From Anthoceros angustus (lineage: Eukaryota > Plantae > Anthocerotophyta), in assembly GCA_010909165.1 (NCBI GenBank), contig MU008154.1, positions 62,001 through 126,000 of the forward strand: DNA of 64,000 bases, in the 5' to 3' direction. A model generated the notes under the pieces. It made no database searches and was not told the DNA's origin. It saw only the letters and a program-made list of their open reading frames with translations. A program made the translations under genes and the position numbers. Of this stretch, positions 12,401 through 26,784 are shown in pieces. Within the stretch, counting starts at the first letter, position 1. The number at the start of each line of letters is the position of its first letter.

Positions 12401-14350
12401 CATGTATCGGTGCCGCATGGCACTTACAACACTATGTGAGTGGAGTACACGGACGATTGCCCGAATACCTCCACCGGTGGACGGAGGCTGAAGCCACCCC
12501 GTGGGCGTGGACACGATCACCCTGCTGTGGGCTATGGTGCACCAGGCGTGAGGGGCTTGTGGCCCAGATTTGAGGCCCTTCCGGAAGTGAGCTGAGTGTA
12601 GGCTGCAGAAAAGTGTTTTGTGCGCTCCCACCATGACCAGGGAGCGCTGACAATGTGGATTTCTTTTGTTCGCCCTTTTGAGGCGGAGCCTGGTGGCTTT
12701 CTTGTGGTCGAGTAAAGGCCGCTTGTGTGAAGATGTTGTGCGCTATCGCGAGGCCCGTATGGCTGCCAAATGCAATCGCACGACGCTCGGATGGTCGCGA
12801 AGCCAGCGCGCGAGGCGATACATGGCGCCTGTGCTATCACCAAAGGCCGATGGTCGCGAAGGCGTGGCGCCGCGCGATGGCTCCTCCACACTATCTGCCA
12901 TAAAGGCCTGGTGATGGTTTCCTTATGGCAAACTGATGGGCAGATGGGGTCATGCGAATGGATGCGATGGCCCATGTTCCGACCCTAAAAAGAAAACCTT
13001 GTGTGTCACAACCTAAAAAGAATCTTCACACACACACCAGCTTAGTAGAGATCGGGACACGAGGCGCGCCCACAACCGATGTCGTTAAGTGTGATATCGA
13101 GTTTTCTACCGTATGCGGCGGGAAAACTTCTTTTGTCACCATCGAAAAAAAAACCCTAACGGGCTTCCTGACGAGATCGGTATTCCATATCCACGTTGCT
13201 CTTAACAACAATATATTTGATTACCTACATGTATTTTACGAATAATAAAATCGAATTATTTTAAAAACCTCTAGACATATTTACCACGATGGAGCATTCG
13301 GCTGACATGCACTATCAGAAAAGATAGTGAAATACCACCTGAGTGGAGGGCCGCGGGTACGGGTTTGAGGATAGGCTTGCATTTGAGAGTTTGAGACACC
13401 GGGAGGAACGGAGATAGGTGCATCGCAGGCTTGACCACAACCGGGGGCCGCAATGAACGGGGGAGAACGCTGTACAGGAGACAGGAATTGGCAGTCCTTA
13501 CAAAATATATTTACTGCAGGCTACCAGAGCTCTGGTCGTTTCAAGCCCGAGGAACGCCATCTTAGGACGGATTGAGCTTACTTGCGTTCTGTTGCCCATC
13601 CGCTTCTAAACCAATCGTTCAATCCACATATTCAAGTTCACTGCCTCCCAGCAAAAAACATCTCCCTTGACCCATCCATCACGCATACAAGCAGGCCCGA
13701 TAGGGCTGGGGATGATGGTCAGGGTGTGGCGAGCCGACTTTGAGCGCTCTGCAGCTACGAAGCAACTACAAAGCCATCACTGACTGCAACCCATCCAACT
13801 AGACGATGCTGCCATCAGGTGTCATGTTGAGAAGTCAACCCAATAAAAAACGCAATTGCTGAAATATGAGAATCCACCTTCCTGGAGAACAAAACGCCAC
13901 CACCGGGACGTGAGAAGTACCCCAACCAGCAGCTGAGGGACATCTCCAACTCTCATAACTGGATCTCCAGGTCGCCACCAAAGAACTCGGTGTCAACCGA
14001 GCCCGGTAGTAAGCCAAACCTGACCATAGTTCAGCTTGGAGCATGGTTAATAGTCAGGCTCAGCAACCAGACCAGTTCTCGCAATTCTACCTGCCGCCTC
14101 TTGCCCACACTGATCCTAACCACCGAAGACATGTACAGCAGATAGAAACATTGGGACTGTGTGGGTGTAACATGGGCAAACAAGTAAAATACTAGCCAAA
14201 AGAGGAGGAGGAGAGACTGAGGAAGCTGGGAACAGAGGCCGCTCTACTCTGCAGCAGGACTGACATACAACTCCCCTCATTATTTTCCCGTGAAAAGAAT
14301 TCACCAACCCAAACAATTCCATTGGCTCAGCATGACAACTCCCCCAAGAC

Positions 14351-17300
14351 CTATCCTGCAACTAGATTTGGAACAGCCCCGCCAGTTGCATCAATCACCA
14401 TCCGTTTCGGGCCAGCATGTTCTGTCTTGCCTTCAACCTCAACACCTGGCTTCACCCCTCCAGAACCACCCCCACGACTCACTACCCTCCCCCGTCTAGA
14501 TTGACCATGATCCCTGCCTCGGACAAATGGCACACCCCCAGATTCCCCAACCCAATGCAGATTGCTATCAGAATTCTGAGGTGTCTGGGTCCCCGACACA
14601 GAAGATAGCTGGCGTCGATCCTGAGAGACCTTCTGTTGTCCAGCAGCTTGAGAAGGAGAGCTCTGGTAGTCATTGACAGAAGGCCCCTGCTTGTGTGACA
14701 TTTTTGGAACATCTGAATGGTGCTCCACATCACTGGATAACTGTGAGTTCTTCCGACCAGCAGCAGATCTTTGGTGGTAATTCCGGTTCTCAGACTGGGA
14801 CTTTTCATGAAAAGTCTGTTGCCACTGAGCTTGCGAAGGACCTGACCTCTGCTGCTGGGCTGCATCTCTCAGTTGGTCCTTGTCTTGCATTGGTCCATGC
14901 TGCCTGAAATTCTGATGAGGTCGGAACTGCTGATGTACCACATGTGGGGCATGCTCCTTATCATGAGAAGCTGTAGGTCCTTGCTGCTGTCTACCACCTT
15001 GAGAAGACCCATTCAATGCGGTTGCCACTTCATCCCCACCCTGAACTTGTCCACGTGAGCCATGTCCAACTGATCTAAATGATGAGTTATTTGCACCATG
15101 CACCTTCCCATGTTGCTGCTCTCGCTGCCTGTCCCGCTCATTGATAGGTTGGTCTCCATACCCACCAGACTGTTCTCCATGGGAGGGCTTCTCAAATTCA
15201 GAAGAAGATGTGAAATTCCGGGACCTATTTGCATGAGCAGACACAGGCTTGGACTGCTGCTGCATAGCTCTTGAACCATTCAGCTCTCTATCAGACACCC
15301 TGGGGCCTTGATTACCAGATATCCTTGCTGGTGTCGCTCTGAGCTTGATGGAGGACGTCTCTCCATGAGGAGCACTTGCTCGATGAGGTTTGGTATGATC
15401 ACTTTGAGACTCAACCTCCTGAGTTACCTTCTGTTGTCCAGCAGCTTGAGAAGGAGAGCTCTGGTAGTCATTGACAGAAGGCCCCTGCTTGTGTGACATT
15501 TTTGGAACATCTGAATGGTGCTCCACATCACTGGATAACTGTGAGTTCTTCCGACCAGCAGCAGATCTTTGGTGGTAATTCCGGTTCTCAGACTGGGACT
15601 TTTCATGAAAAGTCTGTTGCCACTGAGCTTGCGAAGGACCTGACCTCTGCTGCTGGGCTGCATCTCTCAGTTGGTCCTTGTCTTGCATTGGTCCATGCTG
15701 CCTGAAATTCTGATGAGGTCGGAACTGCTGATGTACCACATGTGGGGCATGCTCCTTATCATGAGAAGCTGTAGGTCCTTGCTGTCTACCACCTTGAGAA
15801 GACCCATTCAATGCGGTTGCCACTTCATCCCATCCCCTGAACTTGTCCACGTGAGCCATGTCCAACTGATCTAAATGATGAGTTATTTGCACCATGCACC
15901 TTCCCATGTTGCTGCTCTCGCTGCCTGTCCCGCTCATTGATAGGTTGGTCTCCATACCCACCAGACTGTTCTCCATGGGAGGGCTTCTCAAATTCAGAAG
16001 AAGATGTGAAATTCCGGGACCTATTTGCATGAGCAGACACAGGCTTGGACTGCTGCTGCATAGCTCTTGAACCATTCAGCTCTCTATCAGACACCCTGGG
16101 GCCTTGATTACCAGATATCCTTTGCTGGTGTCGTTCTGAGCTTGATGGAGGACGTCTCTCTCCATGAGGAGCACTTGCTCGATGAGGTTTGGTATGATCA
16201 CTTTGAGACTCAACCTCCTGAGTTACACTCAATACCTGCGCCTTGTTTATATTCCCTGGCTGATGATGAGGAGTCACCAGTGCATAAGTTTGATACTCCC
16301 TGGCAGCTGGGATAGGTGACTGTTGAGAAGAGTGAAAGCCGCTACTCCCACTATCTACAACTGATGACACCTGCTCAGTTTTAGCCACAACTGTAGCCAA
16401 CTTTTGCTGTGAGGTGCTAAGCTTTGCCTGCTGATCGGGGGGTGTAGGCCTTTGAATAACCGATTGCTCTGCACTTTGACCATTCAACTGAGCAGGGAAA
16501 CGCGTCACAGCTTGACTGTTGTGGTTGTCTGCCCGCTGAGCCTTGAAACCAGCATCTCCCTGGGCACGGGTGGATGAAGATTCGTCATGAAATTGAGCAT
16601 GACTACCACCACCTTTTCCCATTGAACTTCGGAAGTCTTGAGAAGGCTGAGTAACAGAACCGTCCTTGCCGCCAACCCGAGAATCCTGCTGATAATGATA
16701 CTTTGCGGAAGGTCCTCGCTCATTACCTGATCCCCGTTGTCGCCACGATGCATGAGAGCGTGCACTCCTACTAAAATTATCACTTGGCTTACTGTCAATT
16801 GGCTCCGCCGCCACAGGAAGCACCTGAGCCTGACCCACCCCTGTGACAGTCCTGGTCTCCACAGCAACATCACATGCCTGATGCTGGGGTTGTCTGGTAG
16901 AAGCATTTGATTGCCCGGTTTCCACATGGTCCTGCCGAAGCTTAGCAACAGACTTAAGAGACTCTACTTCCGAGGGCTTGCTACTAACCACGTGCACTGT
17001 CCCAGGATACTCCCCCTTCTCGGAGTTCATAGGGCGGGAGCTCAACTCCTCAACAGGCTTTAATCCATTCACTGCACTACTTGGCGCAGCTCGCACTGGT
17101 GCCCAGATCAGCCCATCACTTGAATGTGACTTGTCACCAACACGGACATCCTGTACGCCTCGTTCTCTTGCTAGCCGCTTGACTGGTTGTTGTTTGCGCT
17201 GAGGTCGCCTGCCAGCACTGTCACCATTTGACAGGGGAGACGCACTTTGAACTCCAAACTCTTTCAACAGGTCACTATCTCCAAACTCAATCACTAAAGG

Positions 17301-20300
17301 CTGAAAGGACAAATCCTTCACTGACTCCTGTGAGATTCCTCTTGCCTCTTCACCACTACTCACTTCTTGCTGAGATACTTGGGATTTGGCAGTGTCAATC
17401 AAGTCAGCACCATCACTATGCTCGGAACTGTGAACTACATGAGCAGAACCATCTACACCATCTGCCCTCTGCTTACTTTTAGAACTCCTGCTGTTCCGCT
17501 TCTTCCGGTTAGCCGAATTGGACACAGCGCTGGAATCTACAGCACCCGATTCACCAGCATGCGGTCCGCTAGACCATCCTCCACCCTCATTTCTCTCTAC
17601 TGCAACGGCTACAACATCAGGTGCGACAGCCTGCTCTTCTGTCACTTCAGAAACTTCGATTTCCTTCCCATGTTTAAGCTGCATTGTTGAATGTTTCCCC
17701 CTGTGCCTGGACGTCTGTTGCTTGGAAGGAATCTGCACTGGTTGCAAACCCAACCTACTTCCAGATGGTTGTTCCACACCATTGCTGCGTTGAGAACCTG
17801 TAGGTATGGGTACCTGTGACTGCAGGGAAGGGTTATTCTCAGATGGAGAGGGCAAAAGTGGCGGCTCAGTTCGGACCTGGCCAGGATTACTGTTCAGCTT
17901 CACCTTCGTGAGATCTCTTGAATCAGAATGGATCCTGTGATCCTCCCTAAGTCGCCCACTGCCTTTCCTATCTCCTCTCTCTCTCTTGCCATGCTCATTT
18001 CGACCACTGCGGCCACCCCCCAAACTACCAGCGGCCCTGATTGTTTGGTTAGATGATAAAGCGTCCTGGCCCAACAGGCCAGAAGCATCCCCTTCTCTCT
18101 TAATTTCCCCTGCGAAATCCTTGGGCAAGTCATCAGGCATATTTGCGTCTGGTGCTGATAGCCCTGCTGCACGTCGATTCAACTCCTCCAATTTTGCATG
18201 GGCCTTAGCCTTTTGCTCTTTAATCCTCTCTTCCTCCTCCTTCTGCAGTTGGAGTGATCGCTGATGTGCAATCTCTTTCATCTTCGCTCGCTGCATACAG
18301 CACACCGATGCAAATTATATATGAGCTGTACCAGTATACATCTCTCGATAACATAGATAATCAGAAGCCACAGACAGCCAGAAATTTCCAAGCAGAAACA
18401 CAAATGCCAGACTGAGCATTACAGCCTACCTGAGCTTCATAATCATACGTCTCTGTGATGCTCAAATCACTCTCTGGTTCAATTCTCTCTTGAGCTGCAG
18501 CAGAGCTCACAGACTCGGAAGTAGTGCCACCAATATTTGGGACTTTAATCACTTGAGCTGAACTTACAGAAACACCTTCAGGCTTTGCCTCTGATGTTGC
18601 AGCCTTTGGTCTCCACTCTTTCTCGGCATCGTGGACAACCTTCGCTTTGTGTATCCCGTCTTCCTTTACCAGAGGTTCTTTGGAAGAAGGAATGGCTACC
18701 TCTGGCCCCAAAGCATCTACACTAGAACCTGCATCATTGGCACCACTGCTTGTACGCTTGAGCAGTTTGGGCCTTTCTTCTAGGACCACACTCCCAGCAT
18801 CAACAGGACCAGAACCTGCGGAGTCTATGGTAGGCAACAGAGTTGACTCTGCAACTAAAACACTGGCATTTCCAGAGGTGCTTGACCGCCCGGTACCACC
18901 ATGCTGCCCAGGTCTTGATGGGCCCCCTCCAGCAACCGTTGATGCAGAACTGTTGTCCTCACACTTCAAAACATTTGCCTTCTGCGATGCAGACAATGAG
19001 TCCCGACTAGCAGGCCTATCTTTCACAGCAGGCAGCTCTTTCCTGGGAGCAAAGACCTCTACGGTAACCCTGTCACTGGGAGCTGCATTTTTCCTAGAAG
19101 AGTGATTCTTACTGACGAACCCGTCCACTTCTCCATCTCTGGAGAAGCCAACCTCTTTAACAGTGGGCTCCTTACTTCTATGGACCCTTCCACTCTCCCC
19201 ATTGCTCTCATGACTGCCAGCTCGACGCCCAGACCTGCCAGACAATCTTCCTCCAACATTGTCCTTGGAGCTAGCATTGTCATCATCTCGTTCTTGAGAC
19301 TTCAAATCATCAGCATGGACAGTGTCCCCAACGGCAGCATTCACTCTATTGACTGGTTCATTTTCAGCATCACCACCTGCACCTACTGCAACTCCTCCTG
19401 GCTGCTTGGCTCCTGCTGCTTCCAGTGAGGCGTCTTCCTCAAAGACAGGTTTTGAAAAATCCATGGGTTCCTCACTGGCAGATGTTCCCCAATCTCGAAG
19501 TCCATGTTGCGGCCCCACGCCAGCTCCTTGTGTACCTGGCCTCGACACATCATATTGGGCACCAACCAGCCTTCGGTTGCCCATGGCATCTTGTACAGGA
19601 CCAGAACCTGCGGAGTCTATGGTGAGGCAACAGAGTTGACTCTGCAACTAAAACACTGGCATTTCCAGAGGTGCTTGACCGCCCGGTACCACCATGCTGC
19701 CCAGGTCTTGATGGGCCCCCTCCAGCAACCGTTGATGCAGAACTGTTGTCCTCACACTTCAAAACATTTGCCTTCTGCGATGCAGACAATGAGTCCCGAC
19801 TAGCAGGCCTATCTTTCACAGCGGGCAGCTCTTTCCTGGGAGCAACCAAGACCTCTGGTAACCCTGTCACTGGGAGCTGCATTTTCCTAGAAGAGTGATT
19901 CTGCAAGACCCGTCCACTTCTCCATCTCTGGAGAAGCCAACACTGTAAAGTGGGCTCCTTACTTCTATGGACCCTTCCACTCTCCCCATTGCTCTCATGA
20001 CTGCCAGCTCGACGCCCAGACCTGCCAGACAATCTTCCTCCAACATTGTCCTTGGAGCTAGCATTGTCATCATCTCGTTCTTGAGACTTCAAATCATCAG
20101 CATGGACAGTGTCCCCAACGGCAGCATTCACTCTATTGACTGGTTCATTTTCAGCATCACCACCTGCACCTACTGCAACTCCTCCTGGCTGCTTGGCTCC
20201 TGCTGCTTCCAGTGAGGCGTCTTCCTCAAAGACAGGTTTTGAAAAATCCATGGGTTCCTCACTGGCAGATGTTCCCCAATCTCGAAGTCCATGTTGCGGC

Positions 20301-22931
20301 CCCACGCCAGCTCCTTGTGTACCTGGCCTCGACACATCATATTGGGCACCAACCAGCCTTCGGTTGCCCATGGCATCTTGTACAGGACCAGATCTACTGT
20401 CTTTATAGCTACCCATATCATGCATATCATCAACCACTAGCTCAGGATGCTCCCTCATACCCCTGGAGTTACTTGGAGGCAGCCGAGGACCAGACCCCAT
20501 GGACCCATGGTAATGATTAAAGACATCTGGAGGTGGCCCTTGGCGGTTAGGAAAACCAACATACATCCCAGGACCTCCCATTACCATGGCCCCCATCATC
20601 ATCCCCCTCTCGTCCATATGCCCAGGAGGGCCATACGCACCATCATAAGGAGGGCCTGGATACATCCCAGGTCCCAAAGGTGGTCCGGGTCTCCCCGCTC
20701 CTCCTTGCCGAGAAAGCAGCCCAGCATTTCCATACACATTTCCCACATGAGGGCCAAAGCCACCCGGTCCTCGGCCATAACCACCAGGACCAGGGCCATA
20801 CCTCTGTTGAGGGGGGAACCCAGGAGAGTCGAGCTGAAACCTTGGGGGACCATGAGGTCCATGAGGTCCTACCGGAGGTCCACCCCGACGCCAATTCTCA
20901 TCAGGACTCGCACCTGGTGAAAAGAAAACTACTGATTCATCAGGGCTGTGCATGAGCAGTTCTATGCCAACGTGCGATCCACACAACCAAATCGCACGCA
21001 CCTGGGGAGACTTCATGGCCACCATCTCTCCTCCACGAATCCACAACAGGAGGATGCCCATCATGGGAAGCAACATGCCTATGCTCTTCCCTGTGCCAGT
21101 TCCCTTCAGCTCCAGGTGGCATTCCTCCAAATGGCTCCCTTCGCCAGGTATCGAGTACTGGCCTTTCCTGGTTGCTAAAAGCAGGGCCAGAACCACGAGG
21201 ACCGTCATCTACACATGGAAGATAAGAAACAATAGAAGTCAAAAGGCAGAAATCTTGATTCAGCAGTCCATAACATCAGCTTATCCAGAAACACACCATA
21301 AGGCCCTGACAAACTTGGCGGTCTTTGTTGTTGTGAAGAAAACAGCTTCTCATCTACTGCTCTTTCAACAGTAGCAGTACCTGAAAGAAAACTTCATCAA
21401 TACCAATGGACTAAACCAGAAATCCCATCCCCACAAGCTTCCTATACCATCCCCCCTGACAAATTGACAAGTTAAAAGAAAGTGCACCTCCAGCGAACAC
21501 ATCATTCTAAACTCTTTCAACCAGTGAGCTTTCTACATCACACATGGTGCTTAAAGTTGCTAAGCGGGCCAGAAAGTGAGAGCCACTGGTGAAATTCCAG
21601 GCTTACCCTGCTGAGGACGAAGATCAGGGCTCTTCTCTGAACCTAAAGTTGGAAAGTCAAGACGAGTCAGCTGAAATGCAGTGGGCTGGTGAGAATCCCT
21701 TGCCTGAGAGAAACCGAAAATACAAGTTGTTAACTTTCCCAAGATCTCAGACGACAGACTAACTTCATAACCACCAAACAAGCAGAGCAGATGAAAAAAG
21801 ATTCATGCAGAAGATTGATCCGTACCATCTTTGTTTCTGTACCTGCCCCTCCCCATGCAGGGCCAGGTGCATTGACAGGGAAATTAGTAGACTCCCCAGG
21901 CCGAGAAACCTGTGCATGTCTTTCCTCCGCACTCCGCGGTCTTTGAAAGGATGGCTGTGTCTGTGGCTGACCGTGCAGCATGCCCTGACCATGCCCTTGT
22001 ACTCCAGAGACGGCTGCTGAACGAGAGGTTCCAGAAGCTGATGCTGGTCTTGAAGGAAGCGGACCCCATGCATTTTGAGTCAATTGGGATTCATGCATCT
22101 GTCCAATGCTCCCAGCAGAAGAGGGACGAGTTCCACTTCCAGCAGAAGACGGGCGTGATACAGCTCCACCCCATGCTGCTCCACTGCCGCCAACATTAGA
22201 TCCTTGTTTTGCTGTGGCCCCCCAGGTCCCATTGGTAAGAGGTGGAGATGAGGCTTGCGTTGCTGTTCCCCATGCATTGTTGATTGTGGGAGGAGATCGT
22301 CCAGTTGCTCCCCAGCTGACACCACCCCTACAGGAAGGAAAGGTGAAGGCTTCAGGACACACATAACGACAGATCTGCAGAAGAGGGAACTCCAGCTGCA
22401 TGGCGGGAAAAGCAGCTCACCTGGGAACTATCTCCACATTGGGATCCAACCCGCGGTTCTCAAGCCTGGGCACAAAGCCATCAAATCTTCATTGTCAGCA
22501 ACGTTGATTCAACTGAGCAGCCCATCAACAGTGGCCTTGGTGACTATCATTGTCAGATCGACCCAATACAACACTCCTTATATATGATCGTGAAACACTG
22601 ACTACGTACACACTGCCTACAAGACGCCATAGACCTGCCCTGACGAGAACCCTAAATAAATAAACAACATGATCGCCAGGCTCTCAGATTAGGGGCATGA
22701 CCTCTGACTTGGAAGATTGATGGGCTTTGGCACAGCAGGTATTCTGCCGAGTACAGTCATACCCCTCCGGACAGAGGGCCCTCTGCGGAAAAACGCCAAC
22801 AGGAAGAGCATCAGATACAAGTGGCAGTTTCGACGAAGGCATCGGATTGCTGAGGTAAGTAAAGGCTTCCATGCTCCCGTCGCCCATCGAGGGAACCGCA
22901 CTTTCACTCACCTTCTGTCCCCGCTCAACAT
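14351..22931 (-). CDS. MOS1: MODIFIER OF SNC1 1 (BAT2/PRRC2-like), multi-exon; two internal ~0.8-kb tandem duplications in this assembly
   Basis: Spliced N-terminus MLSGDR|RGPSVRRGMTVLGRIPAVPKPINLPSQR|LENRGLDPNVEIVP (exons 22931-22912, 22782-22702, 22465-22421, 22327-21826, 21703-21607), then SRPSSAGSGTRPSS, DFPTLGSEK, YDYEAQ|RAKMKEIAHQR..QKEEEERIKEQKAKAHAKLEELNRR and IWAPVR. Confidence 0.92.
14623..16220. repeat. Tandem duplication (798-bp unit) in the last MOS1 exon
   Basis: 14623-15420 and 15421-~16220 are near-identical; CCTGAG microhomology at the junctions. Confidence 0.92.
18803..20392. repeat. Tandem duplication (~790-bp unit) in a central MOS1 exon
   Basis: ACAGGACCAGA at 18803, 19595 and 20382 bounds two near-identical copies. 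Confidence 0.92.
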
Positions 22932-24209
22932 TATGGAGGCCCGTGCCTTGACAGTCGAATCTCAACTGCCCGAGTAGCAGCCTTATCCCTTGCCCGCCAA
23001 CTGCAACGAGTGGAGACGCCCTACCTCCGACAGGACCTGGATGCCAAAGCAAGCAGAGAAGCGTGTCATGAAATACACTTGCAAAGAAAACCTACAACCC
23101 TTGGCACTCCGTCGAGCACACCGGACAAGGTACAAGTCTGCAGGCGATGGGGACAGTATGGTCACCGTAGATAATTGCGCAAGGGGAGGGAGACATAAAG
23201 TTGCAAGGGGAGGCAGGCAGGCAAAGGGGTGTGAAGTGGAGGAGAAAGAAACGCGAGACGATCCGTACAGCAGGAAGGGAAGACAAGGAGGGGAATTCCA
23301 GAGACGAAAGAGCTGGGAGAGTGGGAGTGGAGATGGTCGTGCCAGGCTAGGGGGCCTGCCAATTGCTTACTTCTCATGCGGAGATCGCTTGATTCCACAA
23401 ACCCTGTTGTTGGCTTAGATTGCGTTCGCGGTCCCGACTGACCCTAGCGCACCGTGATGGAAGGAAGGTGCTTAAACCTAACAGACCCTGCAGCCGGAAG
23501 GCGGCAACACCATGTAACCGGGGCACAGGCACAAGCCGAATGGTGAGATCTTAGTGAGCAAGGCAGCAAAGGCTTAACCGGGAGCAGCAGCCCTACACAC
23601 GCAACATCGCCGCCAGGTTAGCTATCTACCTCACCTCCGTGCACGCCCCCCGCAGTTTCCGGCGCACTTGGTTTCATGCATAGCATAAAGGTGGACGAAA
23701 AACAATATACCCTAGACATAAGATGGACCTTCATGCTCTTCCTGCAAAGTGTGTTATCTATTGCCTAACTTAGACCAAATGGACACACATTTATAAGAAT
23801 AAATGAAGAAGGAGAATTTTATTATAGTTTACTTAAATAAAATTGAATGCTTAGTTGGGGTGGTTAGTGGAGAGGAGGGGAAGGAGGAAGGGGGAAGGGG
23901 GAGGTGGATATCCTTGGTGCAAGTAGCTTAGGCTACCTCCGGTACAAGTTGTTAGGCAGCAAGTCATTAGATGAAAAATATGAGACTTCTTCTTTTCTTC
24001 GTCTTACTACAAATTCAAATTTTATTGTATTTATATATTATTAATTTTTATTATTATCTAATTAGCTCTCTATTGCGTTTGCAAACTTTTTTTTATGTCT
24101 AGTATGTCAATGAGGTTTTATGGAAGGAAAAGCACAACGAAGACTTTATGTAGTTAAAAGAAATGGGAAATCCCATCTACCCTGAAAGAAGGGGAACAAA
24201 TTAGGGAGA

Positions 24210-25110
24210 CTAGCCTCCGCGATCACCCATTATAAAACTACCTACTACTTCAAGAATGTCTAAGATATGAAAAGGCCTACCTACCACTATTGGCGAAGAT
24301 GTCGCGTCCCCTGCGCTTGCCAACGCCCTCTGCAAGGCGATCGACACCCGTTGCCTCAAGAAGGCAACCACACAAGAAAGGGCGTGACCAGCCTTGGCAC
24401 ATGCCTTGATGAACATGGACAAATCCTTGCTCATGGCCCCGTGGGTCTCAATGGCAAGGGGGATGAATGCACGACCTTCGAGCATGGGTGAGTACTTGTG
24501 AACCTTCGTTGTCGCGCATCCCTCTGCCGCCCAACCTAGAGGGTTGATGATAACATGCTCGTTGATAGTGTCCCAAATAAGGTCTATTATAACCACATCC
24601 GCAATAGAAACCTAGTTCCACCGGACCAAAAACATATCAGCCCTGAGAGAAACATTAATGCCGGTTAGCGGAGTGTATGGGCGCTCCCTATATGACAAGA
24701 ACCCACTCTCCTTCACCATCGAGAACATGACATCATGTACGGCGTCATGCGATGCACGAAGCATGTAGAAAGGATGTCGAACGCCATCTATGGGTTCCCC
24801 AATTGAGAAAGATCCCCAACATGCGCTAAGTCTTCCTTCAATGATGCATCCACAAATTCCTATATGAAGGCCGAAGGCCCCTCCGGGATCCTAAACCCCG
24901 AAGACCGTGCGAAGAAGCAATATCCCCCTCTGGATAATGGAGAGAGAGCATAACACATATAGGGGACTATAACCAGTACTTCAAGACCTTCACTTTCAAA
25001 CTGAGGCGAGAGAGCACCGAGGAGAAGAGCTCAAAAGTCTCCTTGACCTTTGCCCCCGACCCAAGGATATTGGTAATGTCTACCACAAACGGATACAAAC
25101 ATTCCCATAC
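24210..25110 (-). mobile_element. CRE-type non-LTR retrotransposon fragment (degenerate RT end plus restriction-like endonuclease)
   Basis: RLE pattern HDAVHDV...RADMFL...DVVIID...AAEGCATTKVHKY...FIPLAIETHG...LRQRVSIALQR; upstream degenerate YADD-region (FVVDITNILG) and post-RT helix (FVDASLKEDL). Confidence 0.7.
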
Positions 25111-25119
25111 GGAACAGAT

Positions 25120-26490
25120 AGTTAAGTAATGGAAAGCAGGTTTTATCTGTAGATACCTTTTTAGCTGTTTCCAAAATCTAACCGTATTTACCTCTGTACA
25201 TATAGTCCAATTTTTTAATGACAATTATTAAGTTATCATTGCTCTCGCTCGCGTGCGCTCGCCTCTCTTCGCTCCCCTGTCTTGTGATGCTCGCTTTGCC
25301 ACCGTGCTAATCCAACATTGCATTATGGTATCAGAGTTTGATCCTCATAGTTACACGGCAATGATCCCAAGGCGACATTGATCAACTCATCACGTCGTGA
25401 GCTATGTCGAGAAGGAGGATTCCAGTCAACCCTACACGCCCACTCCTGAAGCGTGCACCGCGTGGTGATTACTTTGCAAGTTTGTCGTAGAGAAGACAAT
25501 TGTCGAAGAGAAGGCAGACAACATCAATCTTGCGCTTCCTCCGATTCACCACCTCGACTAAATCTCTTCCAACATAGCGATGAGCGTGCAGTCAATACTA
25601 CCGGCAGACACAAAATGTCCATTGGGGACTTCCTTCACAACTCTTCCCGATAAGCGGTCAGATCTTATCAAACTCCATACATCTATTCGAGAATAGAGTG
25701 ATTTGATTGAGCAACTGAAATGCAACATCAAGCAAATGTACCTCTTATGCTCCAAGTTTGCTCGTAATGCCAAGATTTCTAATTTGAGACTAACTGCTCA
25801 CCTTACTAGTGCCCGCCGTTAGGGCGTTGCTTTCCAACCTCCTCATATGCACCCTGATCCAAATCAGGATGAGGAGGATGCTCTCTACAATCCCCATCTC
25901 TATCCAGATGATGTGGATGATTCAGAGGCTTTAAATGGTACAAGTGCACAGCCTACATCTCCTCCTCATTCGGATCCGCAACTCTCACCCATATCACTTG
26001 TGAATAGATTTTTTGCTCAATAGGCTGGACAACCTGCACAACCCCCGCCAGCGAGCACAAGTTTTGGTTTTGCCAGTCCTTTTAATTTGGTTCCCTTCGT
26101 AATCCTTTGACAAATGGTTTCAATACCTATCCAGGTTTCGGGTTCCAACCACAATAACAAACTGCCTAAGCGATTCCTCCAGTTACTGGCTGCGGTATGT
26201 CTCATCTTCCCACTATGGCAACCCCAATACCTCTGAAGATCGAGTTCAAGGACAAGGACCGCTTCAATGGCCGGCTACAATATTTGGGCGATCAGGCTTA
26301 CCCAGATCGTGGAGGAGAACGAACTTATGGGAGTTGTGGATGGCACTGAGCCCGTTCCATCAGGTTCTACTATTAATCCTGATGACATATTGACGTGGAA
26401 ACGCAAGGAATTCTAGGAGGAGCAAGTCCATCCTTATCGCTTCCTTGGACACGAACATGATGACCCACTATGGACAACTTTTGCTTGCGA
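25120..26490 (+). mobile_element. Copia LTR retrotransposon 5' remnant (LTR end, PBS, start of gag)
   Basis: tRNA-iMet PBS TGGTATCAGAG at 25326-25336 after ...TTGCA; gag start KDRFNG..YNIWAIRLTQIVEENELMGVVDGTEPVP...WKRK at ~26230-26410. Left LTR boundary approximate. Confidence 0.75.
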
Positions 26491-26562
26491 ACTGGTCAAT
26501 AGGGTGCACACTTATAACCCAATGTCGATGTAGTACTGGGGTTTGTTCCACAGGGAATGGAC

Positions 26563-26784
26563 AGTTAGAAGAAAAAGCAGACCACGTTGGTTCTGTACCA
26601 CGTTGGTTAGTCTAACTAGGCCTTAGCTTTAAATGTAGTTAGTTAACTAGCAGGCTAGCGAAAGGACACAACCTTTTGTAACCCTTTAAAAGCCCACCTA
26701 TGAACCTAAACCTCAGTTGATTGTTTATCATTCTTAGTAAAGCATATGCTTGATGCAAGACGCTTCCACATGGCATTTCTAACT
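26563..26784 (+). repeat. 5' LTR (222 bp) with AGTTAGAA...TTCTAACT ends
   Basis: Near-identical to 31612-31833; followed directly by the PBS. Confidence 0.9.

Noticed and set aside
13200-13276. Helitron 3' end at CTAG
   Set aside because: No GC-rich subterminal hairpin, and the next base is not T.
13270-14100. Possible extra exon or C/D snoRNA downstream of MOS1
   Set aside because: No convincing ORF; the C box is imperfect; compatible with UTR or intergenic DNA.
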